NCBI GenBank assembly: GCA_030765185.1 | Contig: JAVCDE010000024.1 | Span: 379,538-443,537, forward strand | Origin: Candidatus Aceula meridiana | Lineage (GTDB): Bacteria; Omnitrophota; Gorgyraeia; Zapsychrales; Aceulaceae | DNA length: 64,000 nt | Direction: 5' to 3' | Shown: in pieces, positions 1-10,221 of the stretch | Numbering within the stretch: position 1 is the first letter of the stretch | Layout of the letters: each line of letters starts with the position of its first letter | Notes under the pieces: generated by a model | Seen by the model: only the letters and a program-made list of their open reading frames with translations | What the model was told of the DNA's origin: nothing | Databases searched by the model: none | Made by a program: the position numbers and the translations under genes

Positions 1-284
1 TGATCGTGACTCATCAGATGGCGCTCGATTAAAAATTGCTTATCAAGGTTGTCGAGATCATTAATTCTTAACACAACAGAATCTTTCAAGTACCCACTTT
101 TTTCAATAGCTGACTTTACCGAATCATAAACAGCTGTTAAGTCTTTTTTGTTGGCGCGCGATGGGAAAGGAACCTTGCTAACATTGCGTGCTAGCCGAAT
201 GCGCGAAGACATAACAATATGCGACTGCGGGCCAGTCCCCTTAAGCCATTCGCCTGTATTATTGATAAGGTCGTCTATTCTCAT
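1..284 (-). CDS. mcsB: Protein arginine kinase McsB, 5' part (runs off window start)
   Basis: Manual translation from ATG at 284: MRIDDLINNTGEWLKGTGPQSHIVMSSRIRLARNV (SSRxRLARN motif); ATGA overlap with the mcsA stop. Confidence 0.9.
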   Translation of the reverse strand, partial: MRIDDLINNTGEWLKGTGPQSHIVMSSRIRLARNVSKVPFPSRANKKDLTAVYDSVKSAIEKSGYLKDSVVLRINDLDNLDKQFLIERHLMSHD

Positions 285-817
285 TTGCCTTTTCCTTTTT
301 TCTCTAGGGCTTTAATTTTATCTCTTAAAACAGCGGCTTGCTCAAAGTCCTCTGCTAAGACAGCCTGATGAAGCTGCTCTTTTAACCCTTCTAAAGCTTC
401 TGCAGGCTTTGTGCTTTTTATTTTTTTTACAGGGCCTGCAGTCGTGTCTTTAGGAGCTGTCCCTACAGGCCTTTTACCTAAATGATGTGCCGAGCCATGA
501 ATTTTTTTTAAAAGTGCGGAAAGATGCCCACGAAAAGCTGTATAGCATTCGCTGCAGCCAAGCCTACCGAACTTCCGAAAATCTTCATAACCTAAAGCAC
601 AATTTGGGCATTGCAGCTTGGTCTTTTCTTCAGACTTAATCTGCTTGCCAAAATCGGACAAACCAGCCAAAAGGTCTGCCAAGCCAAACTGTTGCTCCAT
701 CTGCACGCTGCGCTCTTTGGCACAGTCTTCACAAATATGCATCTCAGTCATTTCACCGTCTATAATTTCGGTCAAATGAACCGTGGCTTTTTTCTTTGTA
801 CAGACATCACAAATCAT
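281..817 (-). CDS. mcsA: McsA (arginine kinase activator; CxxC motifs + UVR domain)
   Basis: CDVC, CEDC, CPNC and GRLGCSECY motifs, C-terminal EDFEQAAVLRD; start moved to ATG 817 behind AAGGAG. Confidence 0.92.
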   Translation of the reverse strand: MICDVCTKKKATVHLTEIIDGEMTEMHICEDCAKERSVQMEQQFGLADLLAGLSDFGKQIKSEEKTKLQCPNCALGYEDFRKFGRLGCSECYTAFRGHLSALLKKIHGSAHHLGKRPVGTAPKDTTAGPVKKIKSTKPAEALEGLKEQLHQAVLAEDFEQAAVLRDKIKALEKKGKGK

Positions 818-963
818 ATTTTTTCTCCTTAATAAGCGCATGGTTTACGGCCACGATAGCAACGTAAATCATTTGAACGAATTAATCCTTTTTTCGTTAA
901 GCGAAAAATCAGGATACATCTTTGTGGATCCCAGCCCTTCTTCCCAAGGGCGCTGGATATCCT

Positions 964-1827
964 CTAATACTTAACGCCGTCTTTAGCCGTGATGGCATGA
1001 AAGGCTTTTATCAATTTTAGGGTAGCCTTCCCGGGCTTACCGTTTGCAATCAAGCGGCCGTCCACTTTAACAATAGGAATAATTTCTGCTGCTGTTCCTG
1101 TTAAAAAACATTCATCCGCGGTATACACTTCGTGACGGGTGGTCAATTTCTCATTCGTTGCAATCTTATCTTTTTTAGCCAACGCCATAACTGCATTTCG
1201 CGTAATCCCTCTCAAGCAAGCATTAGGCGGGGTCACAAGCTCGCCATTTTTTAAAATAAAAATATTATCCCCAGTGCATTCGGCCACATACCCTTGAGCA
1301 TCAAGCATCAATGCCTCCGCATATCCAGAATTAGCGGCTTCAATCTTTGCAAAAATATTATTAAGATAATTTAAGGACTTAAGCTGCGGGTTAAGCGCCT
1401 CAGCTAAATTACGCGTTGTCGGAACCGTGATAATATCCATGCCGTTTTGATAAAGCTCTTTAGGGTAAAGCACAATCTTATCAGTAATAATAACCACGTT
1501 GGCTTTGCCTTTGCATTTACGAGGGTCGAGGCCAAGATCGCCTTCACCACGGGAAACCACAACGCGGATATATGCATCCGAAAGCTGATTGGCTTTTAAC
1601 GTCTGCACAATCGCTTGTGTCATCTGCTTTTTATCAAGTGGAATATTCATCATCATCGTATGAGCTGTCTCATAAAGCCTATCGATGTGTTCTTTAAGCT
1701 TAAAAACATTTCGTTTATACGAGCGGATGCCTTCAAAAACACCATCTCCGTAAAGATAACCATGATCAAACACAGACACCTTGGCCTGGGATTTGTCTAC
1801 GAGTTTTCCGTTGAGATAAATTTTCAT
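964..1827 (-). CDS. ilvE: Branched-chain amino acid aminotransferase
   Basis: DHGYLYGDGVFEGIR, KSLNYLNN, ECTGDNIF and GTAAEI motifs of PLP class IV. Confidence 0.95.
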   Translation of the reverse strand: MKIYLNGKLVDKSQAKVSVFDHGYLYGDGVFEGIRSYKRNVFKLKEHIDRLYETAHTMMMNIPLDKKQMTQAIVQTLKANQLSDAYIRVVVSRGEGDLGLDPRKCKGKANVVIITDKIVLYPKELYQNGMDIITVPTTRNLAEALNPQLKSLNYLNNIFAKIEAANSGYAEALMLDAQGYVAECTGDNIFILKNGELVTPPNACLRGITRNAVMALAKKDKIATNEKLTTRHEVYTADECFLTGTAAEIIPIVKVDGRLIANGKPGKATLKLIKAFHAITAKDGVKY

Positions 1828-2510
1828 TGTTCCCCCTCTTTTTGAATAAGTTTTCCGTCTTGAATATAAATAATTCTTTTTGCTTTTTGGGCAATCATAT
1901 TGTCATGGGTAACCATCACAACCGTCTGGTTGTTTTCTTGATTAAGTTTCATCAAAAGCTCAATAATACTTTCTCCGGATTGCGAGTCTAAATTTCCTGT
2001 TGGCTCATCACAAAGGATAACCTTTGGGTCGTTCATCAAAGCCCGCGCAATGGCCACACGCTGCTGCTCCCCACCAGAAAGCTGACTCGGCTTATGTGCC
2101 AAACGCGAACTTAAGCCAACCTTAAGAAGAAGCGCCTCGCCTTTTTCTTCTAACTGTTTTTTATTTCTCAGCGAATCTCTAACTAAGCCTGGCATAACAA
2201 CATTTTCAAGTGCTGTAAACTCCGGCAAAAGATGATAAAATTGAAAAACAAATCCAACCTTTGTATTTCGCACGCTGGAGAGCTTAACATCACTTAGCCT
2301 ATAAATATCTTCACCGTCTAACGCAACGCTTCCCTTGCTTGGCCTGTCAAGGCCTCCTAATACATGCATCAGCGTTGACTTGCCGGCACCTGACGGGCCT
2401 ACCATGGCTAAGAAATCTCCTACCTCGATGGTCAAATCAATTCCTTTTAAGACTTCTAAAGGTTTGCCGACATCACGATAAATTTTATGGATACCAACGG
2501 CAATTAACAT
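1824..2510 (-). CDS. lolD: Lipoprotein-releasing ABC ATPase
   Basis: [31 protein letters not shown]; adjacent to the LolC/E permease. Confidence 0.88.
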   Translation of the reverse strand: MLIAVGIHKIYRDVGKPLEVLKGIDLTIEVGDFLAMVGPSGAGKSTLMHVLGGLDRPSKGSVALDGEDIYRLSDVKLSSVRNTKVGFVFQFYHLLPEFTALENVVMPGLVRDSLRNKKQLEEKGEALLLKVGLSSRLAHKPSQLSGGEQQRVAIARALMNDPKVILCDEPTGNLDSQSGESIIELLMKLNQENNQTVVMVTHDNMIAQKAKRIIYIQDGKLIQKEGEQ

Positions 2511-3710
2511 CTATTCGTACCGTAGCGCTTCCACCGGCTCAAGAGAACCTGCCTTTATTGCCGGATAAATAGTTGCCAAATAACTAATTAAAAGAGCCGC
2601 ACCTGTAATCATCAAAAGGTCTCCTAATTCAAGCAAAACAGGTAGGCGGTCGATATAATAAATATCCTCAGGCAATTTAATAAACTGATATTTCTTAAGA
2701 ACAAGACTTAGGCCAACACCACCAACTAAGCCCCAAAAAGTTCCCACAACCCCGATGGCAAGGCCTTTCATGATAAAAATACGCTCAATAGCTTTTCTAG
2801 GAACACCAATCGACTTTAAAACTCCAATGTCTTTAATCTTGCTAGTAACCGTGACAATCAGGGTGCTAATAATATTAAACGAGGCAACCAGAACAATAAG
2901 TGTTAAAATAATAAACATCGCAAACTTCTCAAGCTTTAAAGCTGCAAAAAAGTTTCGGTTCGAATCAATCCAAGTCTTAACTAAGAAGCTGTAGCCAATC
3001 TCTTTGTAAATTGCTTTTTTAATCTTGGGCGCATCGTAAATATTCTCAATCTTAACCGCAAGCCCTGTCACAGCTTCCTGGGGCATGCTAAAAATCTCCT
3101 GGGCCTTTTTGATATTAAGCAAGACCATGTTGCGGTCATAGTCGTACATGCCAGAACTAAAAATCCCAACAATAGCCATCTCATAACGCCATCCTTCACC
3201 GGACAATCCTGAAGCTGGGGCAATAAGCGTGACTGTGTCCCCCGGGTGCTTCCCTAAAAAAGTCGCAAGTTCACTGCCTAAAATAATTCCATCACCAACT
3301 AAATTTTCAATTTCCCCTTTAACCAGATACTCTTTAATTTTGCTAACATCGCCTTCAGTCTCCGGCAAAATCCCCCGCGCCAAAACACCCGCGGACTGGC
3401 CGGCATATTCTAAGAAAAGCGCACCCTGAACATACGGGGAAACAGCTTCAACGCCCTTAAGCCCTTTGACTGTCTGGCCAATGGCCCCATAATTCTTAAT
3501 TCCTATTTCTCTCTCAATAACAATATGCGCATTGGTTCCGACAATCTTTTCACGCAGGTCGTTATCAAACCCAGTCATAACGGCAATCACTACAATCAAT
3601 GCCATAACGCCTATCGCAACACCGGCAATCGCAATAAAATTAATGACCGCTAAAAATGGTTCTTTTTTTGCCGTGAGATAACGAAACCCTATCCAGCCTT
3701 CGTATGTCAT
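2511..3710 (-). CDS. lolE: Lipoprotein-releasing ABC permease LolC/E family
   Basis: GVAIGVMALIVVIAVMTGF, ASFNIISTL, YYIDRLP, ATIYPA..A..L.PVEALRYE. Confidence 0.88.
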   Translation of the reverse strand: MTYEGWIGFRYLTAKKEPFLAVINFIAIAGVAIGVMALIVVIAVMTGFDNDLREKIVGTNAHIVIEREIGIKNYGAIGQTVKGLKGVEAVSPYVQGALFLEYAGQSAGVLARGILPETEGDVSKIKEYLVKGEIENLVGDGIILGSELATFLGKHPGDTVTLIAPASGLSGEGWRYEMAIVGIFSSGMYDYDRNMVLLNIKKAQEIFSMPQEAVTGLAVKIENIYDAPKIKKAIYKEIGYSFLVKTWIDSNRNFFAALKLEKFAMFIILTLIVLVASFNIISTLIVTVTSKIKDIGVLKSIGVPRKAIERIFIMKGLAIGVVGTFWGLVGGVGLSLVLKKYQFIKLPEDIYYIDRLPVLLELGDLLMITGAALLISYLATIYPAIKAGSLEPVEALRYE

Positions 3711-5167
3711 TAATCTTCCTTTTTCGCTTGCGGTTTCAAAAGCGGAAATAAAATGACATCCCGGATTGATGGTGCATCTGTTAAAAGCATGACAAGCCTA
3801 TCAATGCCAATGCCAAGTCCCCCGGCAGGGGGCATACCATATTCTAAAGCATTTAAAAAATCTTCATCAATGTTACGCAAGCCTGTTTCGGTGTCATCTT
3901 TTAAATCTTCAACTAAACGCTCGCGCTGGACAATCGGATCATTAAGCTCAGAATAAGCATTGCCGATTTCCATACCGCAAACAAAACATTCAAATCGCTG
4001 TGCCAAGAGTGGATTGTCGTCGCGTGCTTTGGCCAACGGCGAAAGAAACGTAAAATAATCTACTAAGAATATCGGATTACTTGTTGCCTCTTCCTCTAAA
4101 AAATCTTCAACCATCTTCATAACACCTGAGCGTGTGAGTGCCTCGCTTGAGACCACCTTCTTTTTGGCCTGAACTTTCTTAAGCATAGCTGAAGCGTCAT
4201 CGTCCGGATTAATATCAAATTTCATTTTTACCATTTCAGCAAATGACTTTCTTATCCAAGGCGGCTTAAAATCAAGAGCCTTGCCTTGATATTCAATTGT
4301 GTATCCGCCGGTTATTTCCTTCACCAGACCGCTAACCAAGTCCTCGGTTAACTTCATCATATCGTTATAATCAGCATACGATTCGTAAACCTCGAGCATG
4401 GTAAACTCAGGATTATGTCGTGTGGAAACACCTTCATTTCGAAAATTGCGGTTCATCTCATAAACTTTTTCTAAACCTCCGACTAAGAGACGCTTTAAAT
4501 AAAGTTCAGGTGCAATACGCAAAAAAACTTCCATATCGTAAGTATTGTGCATACTTTTGAAAGGGCGGCCACGTGCGCCTCCGGCCATGGGCTGAAGCAT
4601 CGGCGTTTCAACTTCTAAAAATCCTCTCTTATCTAGGAATGCTCGAATCGATGAAACGATTTTGCTGCGTTTGATAAAAACATCTTTGACGCCCTTGTTG
4701 GCAATCAGGTCAACATATCTTTGGCGGTAGCGAATTTCCACATCTTTAAGCCCATGCCACTTTTCTGGTAGGCACATTAAAGACTTAGAAAGCACAGTCA
4801 CTTTTTTTACTCGTACGCTTTCCTGTCCGGTCTTAGTTTTAAATAAAGTTCCCTCACATCCGATGATGTCGCCGATATCTATTTGATGCTGAAGAATCCC
4901 GAACGTCTCTTCGCCGACATTGTCAAGCTTAACAAAAGCCTGCATCTTGGCACTCTGGTCCATGACATCTAAAAAAACAACTTTGCCATGGCTGCGGCTT
5001 GCCATAATGCGGCCGGCAATGACAACATCTGTCTCCTCTTTGAAGTCAGCAAGAATATCAGCAATGAGTGCTGTGCGGTTAAATTTCTTTCCGTAAGGAT
5101 TAAGCCTTTTTTGCTGTAAGTCCTGAAGTTTTTGCTTCCTAATCTGTTTGATTTCTTCTATTTCCAC
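3710..5167 (-). CDS. lysS: Lysine--tRNA ligase (class II)
   Basis: LPEKWHGL, RYRQRYVDL, FRNEG, HNPEFTMLE, YGMPPAGGLGIGIDR. Confidence 0.98.
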   Translation of the reverse strand: MEIEEIKQIRKQKLQDLQQKRLNPYGKKFNRTALIADILADFKEETDVVIAGRIMASRSHGKVVFLDVMDQSAKMQAFVKLDNVGEETFGILQHQIDIGDIIGCEGTLFKTKTGQESVRVKKVTVLSKSLMCLPEKWHGLKDVEIRYRQRYVDLIANKGVKDVFIKRSKIVSSIRAFLDKRGFLEVETPMLQPMAGGARGRPFKSMHNTYDMEVFLRIAPELYLKRLLVGGLEKVYEMNRNFRNEGVSTRHNPEFTMLEVYESYADYNDMMKLTEDLVSGLVKEITGGYTIEYQGKALDFKPPWIRKSFAEMVKMKFDINPDDDASAMLKKVQAKKKVVSSEALTRSGVMKMVEDFLEEEATSNPIFLVDYFTFLSPLAKARDDNPLLAQRFECFVCGMEIGNAYSELNDPIVQRERLVEDLKDDTETGLRNIDEDFLNALEYGMPPAGGLGIGIDRLVMLLTDAPSIRDVILFPLLKPQAKKED

Positions 5168-5203
5168 AATAATACTCCTATTTATATTAATATTAAGTAG
5201 CTT

Positions 5204-5232
5204 ATTATATAGAAAAAGATTTAGAGTGTCAA
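5204..5232 (-). promoter_or_regulatory. Sigma70 promoter of the lysS-lolE-lolD-ilvE operon
   Basis: Perfect TTGACA-N17-TATAAT on the minus strand, 36 nt upstream of the lysS ATG. Confidence 0.8.
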
Positions 5233-5267
5233 CGAAAAGCGGGGTTCAAAACGTACATTTTTGTGGC

Positions 5268-5858
5268 TTAATATTTGCGGATACTCGTCATAACTTTACC
5301 AGCAAGGCTTGTATCTTCATTAACTGCGATTGGCTGATAATTGGGATTAGCCGGCACAAGATAATAATGATTGTCAATTTTGTCAAGGCGTTTAACGGTG
5401 GCTTCTTCGCCGATTAACGCAACAACAATATCCCCTACCTGGGCGACAGCTTGACGCCTTACCATTACCAAATCTCCTGGCATGATACCAGCCTCAATCA
5501 TGCTGTCGCCTTTGACCCGAAGGGCGAAGTAATCGGAATCGGAAAAGAGGATTTCATCCAGATTAACATAGCCTTCGATGTCTTCTACAGCTAGGGTTGG
5601 GCTGCCGGCTGAGACAGCCCCTATAATCGGCACACGAAAGGCCTCTTTGACAAGCTCAATGGCGCGGGCTTTGCCTTCTGTGAGCTTAATGTATCCTTTT
5701 TCGGTTAAGGCACGGAGATAATCCCGCACAGTTCCCGTCGAGGAAAAACCAAATTCTTCAGCAATTTCGCGTATGGTTGGCGGAAGTTTTTCATCTCTAA
5801 TTTTATGAAAGATGAATTTTAAAACACCCTTTTGTTTGTCAGTGAGGTCTTTTGTCAT
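5268..5858 (-). CDS. lexA: SOS repressor LexA
   Basis: N-terminal HTH (PPTIREIA..FGF.S), Ala-Gly cleavage site (VSAG), GDSM catalytic Ser, TVKR catalytic Lys. Confidence 0.96.
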   Translation of the reverse strand: MTKDLTDKQKGVLKFIFHKIRDEKLPPTIREIAEEFGFSSTGTVRDYLRALTEKGYIKLTEGKARAIELVKEAFRVPIIGAVSAGSPTLAVEDIEGYVNLDEILFSDSDYFALRVKGDSMIEAGIMPGDLVMVRRQAVAQVGDIVVALIGEEATVKRLDKIDNHYYLVPANPNYQPIAVNEDTSLAGKVMTSIRKY

Positions 5859-5864
5859 GAAAAT

Positions 5865-5894
5865 ACATTACCACACACTTGTGTGGTTTGTCAA
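5865..5894 (-). promoter_or_regulatory. lexA promoter with palindromic operator ACCACACA-CT-TGTGTGGT (5870-5887)
   Basis: TTGACA(5894-5889)-N18-TAATGT(5870-5865); perfect 8-bp inverted repeat in the spacer, touching the -10. Confidence 0.7.
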
Positions 5895-5900
5895 GAAAAA

Positions 5901-6077
5901 TTACAACTGCGGACTTTTTTGGAAGTTTTTACCAAGCTTTTTGTTGGCGGCTTTGCACCACATACAATGATTTTGCATAAATCGGCAAATTTTATACCAG
6001 AGGGTTTCTTTGGTGGCCTTGCGCGTATAATTGCAAAATGGACATCCGGAACACATCTCAACATTTCGATCTGCCAT
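5901..6077 (-). CDS. Small Cys-rich protein, 58 aa (not in ORF track)
   Basis: AGGAG RBS; MADRNVEMCSGCPFCNYTRKATKETLWYKICRFMQNHCMWCKAANKKLGKNFQKSPQL*. Confidence 0.7.
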   Translation of the reverse strand: MADRNVEMCSGCPFCNYTRKATKETLWYKICRFMQNHCMWCKAANKKLGKNFQKSPQL

Positions 6078-6183
6078 AACGCTTCTCCTGGTTCTTTGGG
6101 CAATTATTAAGATACCCTCGCCAAAGGTTCATCCTGAAGCCGGAACGGCTTTAGGATATGTTTGCGCATATTAAATCTCTCAT

Positions 6184-7305
6184 TTAAAAAAGCTTTAAGT
6201 ACTTGCCATAGCCTTCTTGTTCTAACTCCTCTTTAGGAATAAAACGAAGCGCGGCTGAATTAATGCAAAAACGTTTTCCGTCAGGACCTGGCCCGTCAGG
6301 ACCTGGCCCATCGTCAAAAACATGGCCTAGATGCGAATCCGCGCTCTTGCTTCTTACTTCTGTGCGCTCCATTCCTAGTGATATGTCTTTTTTCTCGATA
6401 ATATTATCTTTTTTTAATGGCTTGGTAAATGATGGCCAGCCTGTATTAGACCCGAACTTATCCTTAGAGGCAAATAGCGGTTCACCGGAAACCACGTCGA
6501 CATAAATGCCTTCCTTTTTATTGTTCACATACTCATTTTGAAAAGGAAGCTCGGTTCCATTCTTCTGTGTCACGCGATATTGCAGAGGTGTCAGACTTTT
6601 CTTAAGTTCTTCATCCAAGCGCTTTGCTTTTGCTCGTGGAAGAGGGCAAAACTTCACGCCATCTTTTCCCTCCCAGGTCTTTTTTAAAAATCCTGCTCTC
6701 CCAGAACCTTTTTTGTAAAGATTATAATGCCCGGAATTTTTTTGATAATAATCTTGATGATATTCTTCAGCCGGATAAAAATTTTCGAATGGCAAAATCT
6801 CTGTAACAACCGCCCCTTTAAAAATTCCGGAATCCTGTACGGCCTGCTTTGAGACCTGTGCTAATTTCTTCTGACCGTCGCTATGATAAAAAATAGCAGT
6901 TTTATACTGACTGCCTTTGTCATTAAATTGACCATCAGCTTGTGTGGGATCGATCTGGCGCCAGAAAATTTCTAGTAAAGACGCATATGAAACTTTTGAA
7001 GGGTCAAAAATTATCTGAATAGCCTCTTTGTGCCCGGTAGCACCACCTGAGATTTCTTCATACGTTGGGTCTTTCTCTTTTCCGCCGGCATATCCGGAAG
7101 AAACTTGGCTTACGCCGTCGATCTCTTCAAAGGCTTGCTCGACACACCAAAAACATCCACCGGCAAAAGTAGCTTTTTCATCTTTGTTTTGTGCAAACGA
7201 TTCTGCGCTCATAAAGACTCCTAAACAAAAAAAGAGGATTAGAAAAGCTGTATTCTTAAAAATGATAAAAGGATTTGAATAATATCTTATGCGCAAACAA
7301 TACAT
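6184..7305 (-). CDS. msrAB: Bifunctional methionine sulfoxide reductase MsrA/MsrB (start uncertain; alternative ATG at 7212)
   Basis: [17 protein letters not shown] (MsrA); GWPSF, HLGHVF, RFCINS (MsrB); hydrophobic N-terminal segment. Confidence 0.93.
   Translation of the reverse strand: MYCLRIRYYSNPFIIFKNTAFLILFFCLGVFMSAESFAQNKDEKATFAGGCFWCVEQAFEEIDGVSQVSSGYAGGKEKDPTYEEISGGATGHKEAIQIIFDPSKVSYASLLEIFWRQIDPTQADGQFNDKGSQYKTAIFYHSDGQKKLAQVSKQAVQDSGIFKGAVVTEILPFENFYPAEEYHQDYYQKNSGHYNLYKKGSGRAGFLKKTWEGKDGVKFCPLPRAKAKRLDEELKKSLTPLQYRVTQKNGTELPFQNEYVNNKKEGIYVDVVSGEPLFASKDKFGSNTGWPSFTKPLKKDNIIEKKDISLGMERTEVRSKSADSHLGHVFDDGPGPDGPGPDGKRFCINSAALRFIPKEELEQEGYGKYLKLF
6278..6309. repeat. Perfect 15-bp tandem duplication inside msrB
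   Basis: ccgtcaggacctggc x2, giving [17 protein letters not shown]. Confidence 0.9.
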
Positions 7306-8102
7306 ATTTTATGCTTATTGGCAATCTTGAGGCAAGCTTTTTCGTCGATGATAAGCGTTTTTCCGGCCTCAATGGCTAAACACGAAGCCTTAGCGCACTT
7401 CATCGCTTTAATCGTCCTTGGCCCAATCACGGGAACATCAAAACGCAAGTCTTGGCCGGGCTTGCTCATCTTAACAACAACCGCACCAATTTGGGCGATT
7501 GACCCACCGCGCGCAATCGTGCTATCAGTTCCTTCCATAGCCTCAATCGCGACAATAGCCTTCTCTTTGATGACAACGGTTTGCCCGACGTCAATACCAC
7601 CCATCATTTTGGCAATGGTGCGGCCAAATTCAATGTCAGCAAGCTCGCTCTCGCTAGGACCTCTTTTGGTGAGGGTTCCTTTAGGGGCAAGATAATCTTT
7701 AAGAAGAAATGTTGAATCTAAAAGTTTCATGCCCTCTTTTTTTAATTTGTCAGCAACAGCGGTAAAAATAGTGTCTGCTTTTCGATCGGTCATCGCATCA
7801 AAAAGTTTTTGAAATTCATCATCGACAGGGACCTTCTCATCAAAAAGATTTCTTGGGCTCACCTGGCCGGCCATAATAATTTCGTTAACATTATTATTTT
7901 TAAAATAATCAAAGAGCTTTTTTAATTCTCCAGGCCCAACCCATGACATTTCATCAACAAAACTCTTAAGCAAAAAAGAAGTGTCTCCTTTGATTCCAAT
8001 AGTAACAACTTTAAAACCTTGTTTCTTTGCCTCACGGGCAAAAAGAAAGGGAAACTTTCCGTTTCCCGCAATCAGTCCTAAAATTCTTTTTGACTCAGTC
8101 AT
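7287..8102 (-). CDS. lpxI: UDP-2,3-diacylglucosamine diphosphatase LpxI
   Basis: [37 protein letters not shown]; directly follows lpxA. Confidence 0.92.
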   Translation of the reverse strand: MTESKRILGLIAGNGKFPFLFAREAKKQGFKVVTIGIKGDTSFLLKSFVDEMSWVGPGELKKLFDYFKNNNVNEIIMAGQVSPRNLFDEKVPVDDEFQKLFDAMTDRKADTIFTAVADKLKKEGMKLLDSTFLLKDYLAPKGTLTKRGPSESELADIEFGRTIAKMMGGIDVGQTVVIKEKAIVAIEAMEGTDSTIARGGSIAQIGAVVVKMSKPGQDLRFDVPVIGPRTIKAMKCAKASCLAIEAGKTLIIDEKACLKIANKHKICIVCA

Positions 8103-8876
8103 TTAACTGCACAGTCCTCTTTGTGACGTTTGCACAAAATGAATTAAGTGCTTAGTCTCCTCTGTCGCCTCTAGCTCTTTTTGAATTTTCTCAACAGCTG
8201 TCTTCTTCGTAAGGTCAGAGAAAAATAATATTTTAACTGCCTTTTTTAAAAGATTCAGTTGTGCTGACGAAAACTTTGCACGTTTTAATCCCACAGAATT
8301 CAAACCATAAACACGAGCCGGATGTCCATCGCAAACTGAATATGGTGGAATATCCTGAACAACTTTTGAGCAACCGCCGACGATTGAAAGCTTTCCTAGT
8401 CGCACAAATTGATGAACAGCCGTTAACCCGCCGATGACAGCATTGTCCTCTAAAGTTACATGCCCGGCCAACGTTCCACTATTAGCTAGCGTGCAATTGT
8501 TTCCGATAATACAATCATGGGCAACATGCGAATAAGCCATGAAAAGATTGTTATCACCAATGATGGTTTTCCCGCCTTCTCCTGTTCCGGGATTAACCGT
8601 AACATATTCACGAAAAATATTATCTTCTCCAATTTCAAGATAAGTTTTTTCTTCACTATTGTATTTACGGTCCTGTGGAATACTCCCAACAACCGCACCG
8701 GTAAAAAGTTCTGTATTTTTACCAACAGTTGTGTTGCCCTCAACGACACAAAAACTTCCAATCTTAACACCTACGGCTAAGCTGACACCTTCTCCGATTA
8801 TGGCGTAAGCACCGACCTGAGCGCCTTCGTCGATCTTAGCATTGGCATGAATAATTGCAGTTTTGTGTATGCTCAT
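8103..8876 (-). CDS. lpxA: UDP-N-acetylglucosamine O-acyltransferase
   Basis: Hexapeptide repeats, PQD.KY, FMAYSHVAHDC, LAGHV, VHQFVR. Confidence 0.96.
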   Translation of the reverse strand: MSIHKTAIIHANAKIDEGAQVGAYAIIGEGVSLAVGVKIGSFCVVEGNTTVGKNTELFTGAVVGSIPQDRKYNSEEKTYLEIGEDNIFREYVTVNPGTGEGGKTIIGDNNLFMAYSHVAHDCIIGNNCTLANSGTLAGHVTLEDNAVIGGLTAVHQFVRLGKLSIVGGCSKVVQDIPPYSVCDGHPARVYGLNSVGLKRAKFSSAQLNLLKKAVKILFFSDLTKKTAVEKIQKELEATEETKHLIHFVQTSQRGLCS

Positions 8877-8879
8877 TTT

Positions 8880-10214
8880 TTAAGTCTTAAGAAAATCCGC
8901 ATCTGTAAATGAAAGTGTCAGATCAACCTCGGTTACCAATTTTCCATCAACTTTGGCTTCCCCGTGAACTTCAGCTGCGCGTGATTTAATTTTGGTCACC
9001 GTTAATTCCATAACAAGCTGGTCGCCTGGCTCAACAACCCTGCGGAATTTTACATTATCAATAGCCATAAAAAGCGCCAACTTTCCTTTATTTTCCGGTG
9101 CTGCCAGAAGAACAATGCCTGCAACCTGCGCCATGGCCTCGACCATAATAACACCAGGCATAACAGGCCTTTGAGGAAAGTGCCCTTTAAAAAAGTACTC
9201 GTTACTTGTAACATTTTTGATTGCCACAGCACGCTTACCAGGCTCTAAATCTAAAACGCGGTCTACAAAAAGAAAAGGATATCGGTGAGGTAGAATTTCT
9301 TTAATCTGTTCAGTATCTAGTGCCTGGCCTTCAAGGTGCTGATATTCCTTAGGCTCAAAACGCTGAGTATGCTTTTTTTCCTGTTCAACAATTCTTTGCA
9401 AAAGCTTACGATTTAAACTATGTCCGCTTCTGATGCAGACTACGTGAGCCTTAAGAGGTTTTCCTAAAAGATACAAATCTCCAATAAAATCTAGAACTTT
9501 ATGTCGGACAAATTCGTCGGGAAAACGTACTTTATTATCTTTAACGCCATCCTCAGTCACAACAAGAGTATTCTGATAATTAGCACCTTTTCCTAAACCG
9601 TTTTCCTGTAATTTTTTTGCTTCGCTTTCTAGGCAAAATGTCCGTGAAGAAACAATTTCCTTCTCAAAAATATCTGCATTAATCTTTCCACTAAAAAATT
9701 GAGCGTTTAACGTAGGGTGAGCATAATCAAGAGTATAGGAAACCATCAAATGGTCTGCCGGAACAGCAAAAAGCGTGGCTCCATTTTCTTCAAGCCAGAT
9801 GGGTTCTTTAACTTCTAAATACTGACGATCTGCTTGTTGCTCAACGACCCCGGATTTCTTAATAGCTTCATAAAAAATTAAACCGCTTCCGTCTAAACCA
9901 GGCATTTCTTCACCGCTAATTTCAATAATCAAATTATCGATTTGAAGCCCATAAAGAGCAGCCATCAAATGCTCAACGGTGTGAACAACAGCCTCTCCAG
10001 CTCCAATAGAAGTACATCTGGGAAGAGCTGTTTTATCCAAAATGTGTGCCAAGTCCGCGCAAACGCTAGGGCTATCCTTTAAATCTGTGCGTATAAAACA
10101 AATGCCAGCATCTGCAACCGCTGGCTTAAAAACCACCTTGACTTTTTTCCCGGTGTGAAGACCAACACCCTCGACAGAAGTTTCTTTTTTAATTGTTTGC
10201 TGTTTCTCTCTCAT
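8880..10214 (-). CDS. lpxC-fabZ: Bifunctional LpxC/FabZ
   Basis: GVGLHTG, TVEHLMAA, RHKVLDFIGDL (LpxC); LPHRYPFLFVD, GHFP..PVMPGV (FabZ). Confidence 0.95.
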   Translation of the reverse strand: MREKQQTIKKETSVEGVGLHTGKKVKVVFKPAVADAGICFIRTDLKDSPSVCADLAHILDKTALPRCTSIGAGEAVVHTVEHLMAALYGLQIDNLIIEISGEEMPGLDGSGLIFYEAIKKSGVVEQQADRQYLEVKEPIWLEENGATLFAVPADHLMVSYTLDYAHPTLNAQFFSGKINADIFEKEIVSSRTFCLESEAKKLQENGLGKGANYQNTLVVTEDGVKDNKVRFPDEFVRHKVLDFIGDLYLLGKPLKAHVVCIRSGHSLNRKLLQRIVEQEKKHTQRFEPKEYQHLEGQALDTEQIKEILPHRYPFLFVDRVLDLEPGKRAVAIKNVTSNEYFFKGHFPQRPVMPGVIMVEAMAQVAGIVLLAAPENKGKLALFMAIDNVKFRRVVEPGDQLVMELTVTKIKSRAAEVHGEAKVDGKLVTEVDLTLSFTDADFLKT

Positions 10215-10221
10215 GATACGA

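Noticed and set aside
5891-6103. 70-aa ORF from the track upstream of lexA
   Set aside because: TTG start without RBS; the overlapping frame 5901-6077 has a proper RBS, an ATG and a coherent Cys pattern
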